DNA of 64,000 nucleotides from Promethearchaeota archaeon (GTDB lineage Archaea; Asgardarchaeota; Lokiarchaeia; Sigyniarchaeales; SOKP01). Where the stretch lies: positions 33,287 through 97,286 of the forward strand of contig JALGVJ010000013.1 in assembly GCA_029838195.1 (NCBI GenBank), written 5' to 3'. Under the pieces are notes generated by a model. That model saw only the letters and a list, made by a program, of their open reading frames with translations. It was not told the DNA's origin and did no database searches. The stretch's first letter is position 1, and each line of letters begins with the position of its first letter. Made by a program: the position numbers and the translations under genes. Below, piece after piece: positions 41,630 through 50,424 of this stretch.

Positions 41630-42130
41630 ATGGATTATACCGAATTGAAAAAAGAGATCCCCGAAATCTTTGAAAAAGTAAAAAAAAATGTTAAGAAAAC
41701 CCTAAATCTCCATCGAGCGGGAGTTAGTTTAGGCATAGTAGAAATGGGCATGAGTATGCACGGATTTATCGGAGGAATGCATTTTTCACCGGGAACGGAC
41801 ATTGTCATGAATAAAACTCCGCTAAAAATTTTATTAACGACACAACCCGATGAAATCGTGCGGGCTTATGTGTATCATATCTTATTGCACGAATATCTTC
41901 ATTCTCTTGGCATCTTGGATGAAAGGATGTGCCGTGAGCTCACTTTGAAAATCACGGAACAAGTGTATCCTCAAAACGATTATCCGGCTCGAATAATTGC
42001 GAAAAAAGGAATTGCCGCTTTCATTTCAAATCAACACCTGATCTATGCGCCTCCCGCTTTAAAACCGGATGGGATCTCCATTGAACGAATTGATGGGTTT
42101 GATAGTGAAAGTTATTCATATTATTCTTAA
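41630..42130 (+). CDS. Zincin-like metallopeptidase domain protein
   Basis: HILLHEYLHSLG..DE (HExxH). Confidence 0.8.
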   Translation: MDYTELKKEIPEIFEKVKKNVKKTLNLHRAGVSLGIVEMGMSMHGFIGGMHFSPGTDIVMNKTPLKILLTTQPDEIVRAYVYHILLHEYLHSLGILDERMCRELTLKITEQVYPQNDYPARIIAKKGIAAFISNQHLIYAPPALKPDGISIERIDGFDSESYSYYS

Positions 42131-42375
42131 AAGGTCCTTATTCTCTTTCCTTTTTCTTAACAATATATCCCGAATAATTGAAGAGACTCTCGAACTCTGA
42201 TTAATTGAATTATCCTCTCATCATTTTACTTAATTTAGATTTTATAAGTTCGCTTTTTCTTATCCAATGAAAATAAATTTTAACAAACATCTTTAGTTCT
42301 AAATAATTAAAATTATTTAAAAAAAAACTCTAATTAAAAATAGAGGAAAATATATCATCCGCATGGTGATCCCCC

Positions 42376-43449
42376 ATTTCAAATAGCACACCGTCATCAA
42401 ATAACAAAATTCCAGAAGAAAAAATCGAAAAAAAACTTGGAGTGACTCCTAATCAATTTATTTTGGAATGGAAATTTAAAAATGTGGATAAAAAATTAGT
42501 CTATGACATCAAAAAATGCATTGGGTGTAGCTTGTGTAAGTTAGTTTGTCCCGTGGACGCCATTGAATTGGGGCCCATTCCTGAAATAGCTCAAGGTATC
42601 TTGGACGAATCTACTCCCAAATTGTTAATCGACCACGATAAATGTTGTTACTGCATGTTGTGTGCCATCGTGTGTCCTAATGATGCATTCCATGAAAATA
42701 TCACGCCCGCAGACCAAATCATTTTAGATCAATACCCTTCCCTTGACAAGTTTTATATAATTGACCAAGAGAAATGCATCAAAGATGAAAGCAATGAAGT
42801 TTGCCGCAGCTGTTTGACCGTCCGCGAACGAAACAATATTAAAGAATATTTTCGAATTCAGAAAGAATGTCCAACAAAATGTTTCTCCATTTCTTCTCCC
42901 ATTAAAGGAGAAGTTATCATTAAAAAACCTATGCTATGGAAATGCGACCCACAAGGATGCAAGGCATGTGTGAATATTTGTCCTACTGAATCTTTTTTCA
43001 TTCCTGAAAGTGCAGAGGAGGTGAAAAAACACGGAAAAATTGCCTGCGACGAAAAGGCTTGTTTCTATTGCGGCGCTTGCGAAAATTCTTGTCCGGATAA
43101 TTTGATTAAAGTGAATAGAACGGAGGTCACCATTCTTGAACCGAAAGAAAAAAAGAATTATCCGTGGATTAAGGGCTGGGTAAACAATATTAAAAAAATC
43201 CTCAGAAAACGGTTGGTCGAGGGAAAGGAGCAAATCAAGATTCCGGTCATCGAAAAAGAACTTAAAAAAATAGAAGAAACCATCGAAGAAGAGGTACCGC
43301 AATTATCCGAAGAAGACAGGAAAAAATTAAATCAATTAAATGAAAAAATTCAAAAACTCTTGCGATCACCAAAAATCAGATATTGGATTAAAGATAAAAA
43401 AATTGAGAGACTTTCGAAAGAATTAAAAAAATGTATAACTGAGAATTGA
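42376..43449 (+). CDS. Polyferredoxin (FwdF-like 4Fe-4S protein)
   Basis: Multiple CxxCxxCxxxCP motifs; start uncertain (GTG 42442, or ATT 42376 after SD GGTGAT). Confidence 0.88.
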   Translation: MSNSTPSSNNKIPEEKIEKKLGVTPNQFILEWKFKNVDKKLVYDIKKCIGCSLCKLVCPVDAIELGPIPEIAQGILDESTPKLLIDHDKCCYCMLCAIVCPNDAFHENITPADQIILDQYPSLDKFYIIDQEKCIKDESNEVCRSCLTVRERNNIKEYFRIQKECPTKCFSISSPIKGEVIIKKPMLWKCDPQGCKACVNICPTESFFIPESAEEVKKHGKIACDEKACFYCGACENSCPDNLIKVNRTEVTILEPKEKKNYPWIKGWVNNIKKILRKRLVEGKEQIKIPVIEKELKKIEETIEEEVPQLSEEDRKKLNQLNEKIQKLLRSPKIRYWIKDKKIERLSKELKKCITEN

Positions 43450-43747
43450 GGAAAGCCGAAACACGTGAAAGCAAGCGGGAATCAGCGTGAGCGTGAGACA
43501 AATGTTCGGATCATCGTCAAAAACCCAAATCTCCTTAAAATGTAAAGCTAATCTGAGAATCATACTGAATTTAAATCTGTAATATCCTTGACAATTTTAA
43601 AATCAAAAGAAAATCAAAAGTAAAATTCAAAGAAATAAAATAAATTACTAAAAAATTAATCTTTAATAAAAGAAAATTTATATATGAACTTTTTCTGCAT
43701 TCTAAAATACATATTATATGAAACATTTAGAAAAAATCGTATGAATT

Positions 43748-46700
43748 ATGCCTCGAGCATTTATCGTCTATTCTTCCAGTCCTCATGTTCCATATATTGA
43801 AGATGTCTTGAATATAATTAATTCGGTACTTCTTAGCTTGAATATCGAACCCTATTATCTAAGAGATTTGATAAGAGGGGGAGAAATTTATAAAATCAAA
43901 ATTAAAAAATTGATAACTCAAAGTGATTTAGGAATAGTCGTGCTAGATGGTCTTAGACCAAATGTTGCGTTTGAATATGGTCTTTTAATGGCATGTGATA
44001 TTGATGTGATTCCATTAAAAAAATCGGATGCTAAATATTCTATTAAAACTGTATATTTTGATCCAACCAAAAAAGATGTAAATCCTGATTTAGCATTTGA
44101 GGATTATTCCCTTTCAAAACAAGCATTTGAACATTTAAAAGATCCTCCATTAGATATAAATATCCATCTTTCAGATTGCCAAGGAATACATGTTATTAAT
44201 TTTAATTCCATTGAAGATAGTGAGGGCCCTGAATCTCTTGGATATCTATTGAGGCAGGAAATTGAAAAAATAATTCCTAAGTTAAGATCAAGAGAAGGTC
44301 CAGGACTTAAGGATTTAACTTTAAGATATATGGATCTAAACCATGAACTATTAATCGAATCACTACAATTACTCTCTCTATTTTCATTTTTAGGATGGCG
44401 AAAAGGATTTAATGGCGATACTCGATTTCAAGACATCCGAAAGGAATTTGTATCCCTCTTTCAAAAGACTAGAAATCCGAAAGTAGAGGATGTTGATAAA
44501 ATTTTTGAAGAATTACTTGAAAGTGACAAGCCAATTCTAAGAAGATATGGGCGTTATTTAACCGTAGATTCCGAAAAAATTATAAATGAATCATTTGATT
44601 ACTATCTAAACACTAATTATAATGAATTTATTATAATCCTAAAATCAATCATAGAATCTGAAGTAGCTGAATTAAAAATTAGACTTTTTGATCGATTACG
44701 TACTATTAAAATAAAAAAACCTCAATTTGCTGAGGATTTAAGTGATTTTATTATTACCAGATCGAATTTATTCGGAGATATAACCGCATTAAAAAATTGG
44801 CAAAATAGTCGTCTTTTTGCAAGGGTAGGAACTATTATTCCTTCTAGTGCATTGAACAAATTATATGATTGGATAAACCCTCTTTCTCCAAAAGAGCTTG
44901 CAGATCTATTTCCATTCCAAAGCTCGTTAACTTTTCCCAGAAATCCCCAAGATGAGATTATTTGGTTTTTATCAAGTTTAGCAAAACATGAAAACTATTT
45001 TGATAAAGCAATGGAAATATTATCAAAATTTTCATTAATGATTTTAGTTCACCAAAAACAGATTCATGATGGCATCCATCAATTTGTCAATGACCTTGCA
45101 TTAGAACAATTTATGGAAAATTGTTATTGTCTGTTGGGTGGAGTAAATGTAGAGACAAGGTGGAATTTTATTAAAAATATCGATTACATAAAAATGTGGC
45201 CAGATGATTACAAATCTGCTTGTAAAAAATTAAAATATTACGCAATCAAGCTCTTTTTAAAGAAATCATGGGATATTCTAGGTCCTTTAGTTAATGGCAA
45301 GATTACTTTTACTCATTATAATATTATTGATGATAAAAAATACGATAAATTAGAAAATTGTCGTAAAGAAGCATATGAAATTCTCATGAATTGGCTGGAA
45401 AATCCAAAAGATAATGAAATTATTTATGACGATCTTTTTGAATATTTTTACCGTGATTTATCAGAATGGATAAAACATGTTTCTTGGGAAGATATAAAAA
45501 ATGTTTATCAAGATATCTTTTTAAAAGATAAAAAAAAATTATTAAAATTTTTAAGCTATATAGATAACCTTAAAGCTTATGAAAATAAATATTGGCAAGG
45601 TAGTTTTTCAAAAGAACATCTAGAATTAATATTTCAATTTCAAGAGGATTTAGAACATAGCTTCTCCCTTGAGGATCATTTTAGACGAAAAATTAGACTT
45701 TCTATCGATAATCCAGTGATTCATGTAAAATATCCAGATAAATCTAAAAGGGAAGAATATTATAATAAAATACGAAAAGAATTGGCTAAAGAATACATTG
45801 AATTAGATGAAACAGATAAAAAAAGAATTAGAGAAATTTTAGTTATGGAAAATTTTTCGTTAGACATCCAGTTTGTGCTTTTTTTAAAAGATAATTTAAG
45901 TATAAGAGAATTGATTCACGAAATTGAAGAAACATCCAAATTAATTAAAGGAAAAAATTTAACGATAATTTCAGAATATTTTATCAATCTATGGTATTCT
46001 CTTTTTAATAAAGATCAAAAAACTTGGAAAGGGCTTCTTAATAAATATTGGAATGAGTCATTTTTTAATCCCTACAGAGAAAGAATCTTAATAGCAACTA
46101 ATGACTCTTTAGATGAATTCAGATGGAGAAAATATGAAGAGCTTCTGAAAAGCGAAAGTGTAGATCCCGATATGGTATTAAGAACTTTAATAAATAAAGA
46201 ATTATCTCCTTCTGTTTCAATCGATGATAAAAGAGAAATCATTATAAATTCAATGAACCTTCTTGGAAAGTCAATTTCCGTGGAAAATCAAAATATAATT
46301 GACAATCTTTTGATTTATATTTTACATTTAGAAACTCTATTAAAATCAAATGAAAATTTAATCAATGAAGAATTAGCAACCGTATTCCTCAATATTTTTT
46401 ATCCCAAAAGTGAAGAAATTATTAGCTATTTACCCAATTTTGACATGTTAATTAAATTTGGAAGCTTTTCGAGAAAATGTTTTATAAAATGGTTGAAAAA
46501 AGGTTTTATTATTCATCAACAAACAGATAAGAATTTTCTAATAAAATGTTCTGAATTATATAATGACGATATTTTTCAAATCACTGAAGATTTTTTTGAA
46601 CAATCACAAAAAAAGAAAATTAGCTCTAAAAAATCCACTGAACTAAAGCGCTTTGAAATTTCAATAAATCCAGAAATTCTTCTTAAGTTTACAGAAGAAC

Positions 46701-47056
46701 AGATTAATAAATTATATGAATTAAATCCCTCTTTATTAGGAAAAATTTTTGGTAGATTATTAAGAATTCTTAAAGCAGAATCATCCTTTCCTGAAGCCCT
46801 TAAAATCCTAATTATTAAACATGGAAATGAGCCCAAGTTTAAAAATAGTATTTTTCAAGAATATTCATCTGGAGTTCGAGGTTTTTCGGGGAATAATTAT
46901 GACCAACAATTTTCTGAGGATTATAAAAAAATCATTCATTGGCGTGAAGAAGCCGTTGATAACGCAGTTAAAATATGGCTCCAAGAATTCCATCAATATA
47001 TCGATTCTCTTAGAGAGCAATCCCAAGATTTATGGAGAGAACTTGAAGTTGAATGA
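43748..47056 (+). CDS. Large protein with N-terminal nucleoside 2-deoxyribosyltransferase/TIR-like domain and helical C-terminus; putative defence protein
   Basis: AFIVYS...SDLGIVVLDGLRPNVAFEYGLL signature; 1102 aa; very AT-rich. Confidence 0.65.
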   Translation: MPRAFIVYSSSPHVPYIEDVLNIINSVLLSLNIEPYYLRDLIRGGEIYKIKIKKLITQSDLGIVVLDGLRPNVAFEYGLLMACDIDVIPLKKSDAKYSIKTVYFDPTKKDVNPDLAFEDYSLSKQAFEHLKDPPLDINIHLSDCQGIHVINFNSIEDSEGPESLGYLLRQEIEKIIPKLRSREGPGLKDLTLRYMDLNHELLIESLQLLSLFSFLGWRKGFNGDTRFQDIRKEFVSLFQKTRNPKVEDVDKIFEELLESDKPILRRYGRYLTVDSEKIINESFDYYLNTNYNEFIIILKSIIESEVAELKIRLFDRLRTIKIKKPQFAEDLSDFIITRSNLFGDITALKNWQNSRLFARVGTIIPSSALNKLYDWINPLSPKELADLFPFQSSLTFPRNPQDEIIWFLSSLAKHENYFDKAMEILSKFSLMILVHQKQIHDGIHQFVNDLALEQFMENCYCLLGGVNVETRWNFIKNIDYIKMWPDDYKSACKKLKYYAIKLFLKKSWDILGPLVNGKITFTHYNIIDDKKYDKLENCRKEAYEILMNWLENPKDNEIIYDDLFEYFYRDLSEWIKHVSWEDIKNVYQDIFLKDKKKLLKFLSYIDNLKAYENKYWQGSFSKEHLELIFQFQEDLEHSFSLEDHFRRKIRLSIDNPVIHVKYPDKSKREEYYNKIRKELAKEYIELDETDKKRIREILVMENFSLDIQFVLFLKDNLSIRELIHEIEETSKLIKGKNLTIISEYFINLWYSLFNKDQKTWKGLLNKYWNESFFNPYRERILIATNDSLDEFRWRKYEELLKSESVDPDMVLRTLINKELSPSVSIDDKREIIINSMNLLGKSISVENQNIIDNLLIYILHLETLLKSNENLINEELATVFLNIFYPKSEEIISYLPNFDMLIKFGSFSRKCFIKWLKKGFIIHQQTDKNFLIKCSELYNDDIFQITEDFFEQSQKKKISSKKSTELKRFEISINPEILLKFTEEQINKLYELNPSLLGKIFGRLLRILKAESSFPEALKILIIKHGNEPKFKNSIFQEYSSGVRGFSGNNYDQQFSEDYKKIIHWREEAVDNAVKIWLQEFHQYIDSLREQSQDLWRELEVE

Positions 47057-47202
47057 ATTTCAAAATTAAAATTTAAAAAAGAAATCTTTTTCATTAATAA
47101 AAACGGCTTTTTCATGGTACTTTCCTCCTCTTTAAACTCCTTTTCTGACATTTACTCACATAAAAAAAGAAAGAAGCAATGTATTGATTAAAGATATAAT
47201 TG

Positions 47203-47985
47203 CTAACAGGGAAGAGGCTTCTCTCTGTTCTCCTTTTTCCATTTTTCCCATGTTTCCATTCTAGTATATGGATTAACTTTCATAATATCATAAGATTCTA
47301 AACCATCCATATAGTAGAATTGTACTGGTATTTTTATGATTTTTTCAAAACAAAAATGATAAACAAGCACGTAATCAAGGTTCTCAATAAATTTGCGATT
47401 ATAATCTTTTTCAAAATTTTCCGACTCCAAGTCCCTTTCTAAATCCGATTTATATGATAAGATTTCATTCATTGTACGATTAAATTCTTTTCCATGATCT
47501 AAATTTTTACTGTCTTTTAATAATTGAATAATAGTTTGATCGATCATATATAATCTATTTTGTTTAATTTTATAATGAATCGTATTGGTTTCTTGATGGT
47601 AATTAAAATATCTTAAAAGTTCTTTTATTTTGATTAGTGTTTCAGCCGAATTGATTAAAATTGGTTTTGAGAGTGTGGATTGGTCAAGAATTTTCTCGGA
47701 TATTTCATATCTTATCATTATTAATTCTTCTTTAAGGAGATAAAATTGGTGAACATCAGATTGATAATTTTTTCTTATATTATTTAAACATAAAAAAATA
47801 GGAATTGCTATGAAAACATTAAGGATGCTAGATGCAAATATGTTAATTATAGTCGTTGAGGAAGTACACTGGTCTATCACAATTAAAAAAGCTGAGAATA
47901 TTAAAATAGTTAATAACAAGAAAAATTTAAATTTGTAAATTAACCATTTATTTTTTTTAATTGAATGAAATTTTTGGATATTCAT
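47203..47985 (-). CDS. Hypothetical protein with two N-terminal TM segments
   Basis: 260-aa ORF, two hydrophobic helices then a soluble region; very AT-rich. Confidence 0.7.
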   Translation of the reverse strand: MNIQKFHSIKKNKWLIYKFKFFLLLTILIFSAFLIVIDQCTSSTTIINIFASSILNVFIAIPIFLCLNNIRKNYQSDVHQFYLLKEELIMIRYEISEKILDQSTLSKPILINSAETLIKIKELLRYFNYHQETNTIHYKIKQNRLYMIDQTIIQLLKDSKNLDHGKEFNRTMNEILSYKSDLERDLESENFEKDYNRKFIENLDYVLVYHFCFEKIIKIPVQFYYMDGLESYDIMKVNPYTRMETWEKWKKENREKPLPC

Positions 47986-48264
47986 TTTTATTATTCTATT
48001 ATTGTTTCATTTAATAATCAATTTTTTTCTTTTAATTTTTAATAGCTCGGTTACTTTTTAAAAATTCATATTTGCCTATTAAAATGATTAAAATATAATT
48101 CAAAAGCGAAAAACGTTGTATTTTACCTCAATTACCTAAAATGTTTAATTTAGTTAAATGAAGATATAAAAAAATTTATATAAGCGATCTCAAAAAGCAT
48201 CACATCTTTATTGAAATTCATCCCAAGTTATATTAAATATCTGAAAAAAATATCTGAAAAAAAA

Positions 48265-48461
48265 TTAAAAGAATAATTCTTTCATTAAAATGAATTTGAA
48301 AATGTCAGGAACAAGATCGCCTTCTTCCCATGACTGAAAAATTGTTTCATGTTCTTGCAAGCCATTAAACGTGATAAAAATCTTTGATAATTCTTCATGA
48401 AATAGGTATTTACTGCCTCTCTTCTCATCTTGAATTTATTTATCTAATTCTTCAATATTCA
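48265..48461 (-). pseudogene. Degraded ORF fragment
   Basis: MNIEELDK*IQDEKRGSKYLFHEELSKIF...WEEGDLVPDIFKF, protein-like text with an internal TAA; ends approximate. Confidence 0.35.
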
Positions 48462-48734
48462 TTGCATTTTTTTTATTGTTATATTAATCTTGATGGTCAC
48501 GTTTAAATCTTCTTTATTTAGTTTTATTTATTCTTCATTTAACAAACCTAAAGCTATGAATCTACTAAAATAAAAAATATAATAGTCTACCTTTTTTAAA
48601 AAAAATAATGTGAAATTGATGTAATCATGATTTTTTCTTTAAATAAGATTATCATGTTATAATACCATGCTCTCTCTAAACAAAAAATAAACTAAATTTA
48701 CAAGAAATAAAGTGACCAAATTGATCGCAGAAAC

Positions 48735-48954
48735 ATGGTGTATGAAAAATCATCTTACCAAATTAAAATCATCTTGAAACCTAAGAACATTCTCCCTTTC
48801 CTGTTCCTAGGCATCTCCATGGCCATCCTTCCTGAATTCATGTAAATACATCTTTTTGGAATCAAAATCAGCTCCCCAATTGGAAGTAATGTTCACTGCT
48901 ATTGGCTTTATCATCGTGATAAATCTTATCCGATTAAGTAAAAAAAGTTCCTAA
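48735..48954 (+). pseudogene. Degraded membrane-protein fragment
   Basis: MVYEKSSYQIKIILKPKNILPFLFLGISMAILPEFM* followed in another frame by SAPQLEVMFTAIGFIIVINLIRL; ends approximate. Confidence 0.35.
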
Positions 48955-49109
48955 TCTCTTTTTTATTATTCTTATTTTCTTTTTTCTAACCCTTGCATGA
49001 TTCTATTTTATCCAGCAACCTGCTTACTAATTAACCTCCTTGTTTAAATATGAATTTCTAGAATGCAAGTAAATATAATTATTCAAAAATAATAGAAAAG
49101 GATAGCTAA

Positions 49110-49367
49110 ATGAAATTAAAACTAATCATAAAAAAAAACAAAAAGACTCAACAACATGAGATTGTCCTATGGATTCAACAAAAGACAGAACTCTCGAAAG
49201 ATTTGAATGATATCATTAAATTCTTCAAAAACGAAATCATTGTTTCTAAAAAAAATCGCCTCCACACCTATCTTAAAATTCACTCAGAAAACCCCGCTAT
49301 CATGCTCTCTCTTCTCTCCAGCCTCCAAGAAATTCTCCCGGACATTTATTTTTCCCAAAAAACGTGA
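49110..49367 (+). CDS. Small hypothetical protein
   Basis: 85-aa ORF with ATG and purine-rich upstream sequence. Confidence 0.6.
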   Translation: MKLKLIIKKNKKTQQHEIVLWIQQKTELSKDLNDIIKFFKNEIIVSKKNRLHTYLKIHSENPAIMLSLLSSLQEILPDIYFSQKT

Positions 49368-49615
49368 TCCCACTCCTTGAGACCCGTTTACTCCCACCTA
49401 TTTTTACTATTACTCCCCCAGTAATGAATAGTAAAAAAAATCGATTTCCTTGAAATCCTTTACTAATTAAAAAAGATTTATTTTTTACCTCTTCTTTTAA
49501 TTCTCAACAAGGTAACAAACTACCCTTACTTAAATCATCAATTTAATGAGAACTTATGAAATTAAAAACCCCACGATCAATAAAAAAACCGAAAAGAATT
49601 ATCATTTCCTTAATA

Positions 49616-49718
49616 GGGAGGATGGTCTAGCTTGGTATGATTGCACCAAGATATTACTTGATGCTATAAATCTAGGTTTGGGACCTAGGGGTCGAGGGTT
49701 CAAATCCCTCTCCTCCCA
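49616..49718 (+). tRNA. tRNA-Pro(TGG) with a 29-nt intron at position 25/26 (exons 49616-49641 and 49671-49718)
   Basis: Acceptor GGGAGGA/TCCTCCC+A; anticodon stem CTAGG/CCTAG with loop TTTGGGA; T arm GAGGG-TTCAAAT-CCCTC; spliced length 74 nt; no encoded CCA. Confidence 0.93.
49642..49670 (+). other. BHB tRNA intron
   Basis: CUUGG/CUAGG outer helix, UAUG/UAUA 4-bp helix, 3-nt bulges AU^U and AA^U, inner hairpin GCA-C-CAAG/CUUG-A-UGC. Confidence 0.9.
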
Positions 49719-49821
49719 TTCATGCCCTTAAAGATCTGGTTTATCTCATTCATTCTCAAATAGAATGTCCAATTATTTTAAGGGATTAAATAGCTGAAAT
49801 GGTTAACCATCAAGCTTTTGA

Positions 49822-50304
49822 TTAATTAATGCAAGAGGGCTTGGATTTCACTTAGGTATTATTTGCCCTTCCCTCACCACCGGTTCAAGGCCAAATATAA
49901 CCATTCGAATCACGCCCATAGCATTGGGGGAATGGGAAAAATTGAGACAAGAAGATAGGAAAAAGTATAATGAAGAAAAAAAAAAATGGGGACAATTTTT
50001 TATCTCTCTTGTTGAGAAGTATATGATACCCGATCTTTCTAAACATATTTTGGTAATGGATGTTTCTACACCAGCAACTTATAAACGGTACTCTGGAAGT
50101 CCTACGGGCTCAATTTATGGCATGGCCCCCTATACCGACAATTTCGGGAGAACTCGATTGAAGATGAGAACGCCGATAAAAGGACTTTTTAATCCAAAAT
50201 TTGTTCATGGCGTGTTTGGAGCATTATTGGCGGGAATGCAAGCTATTGACATGATATTAGAAGGAAAAATAATGAATGGATATGCTCGCTATAAAGCTCA
50301 ATGA
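49822..50304 (+). pseudogene. C-terminal fragment of a phytoene desaturase/FAD-dependent oxidoreductase
   Basis: DVSTPATYKRYSGSPTGSIYG and TPIKGLF motifs; the N-terminal FAD-binding domain is missing and there is an in-frame stop just upstream. Confidence 0.75.
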
Positions 50305-50424
50305 TTATTTATGAATTTTCTTTTTTTTTTAGCACCCTAGATTTACTTAAAAAATAGATATAATTCGGTTATTTTTAAATTAACTTTCTCTCTAATTTAT
50401 ATAAAAAAAAAAGAAGTTTATTAA

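Noticed and set aside
49546-49731. 61-aa ORF
   Set aside because: Overlaps the tRNA-Pro gene; spurious.
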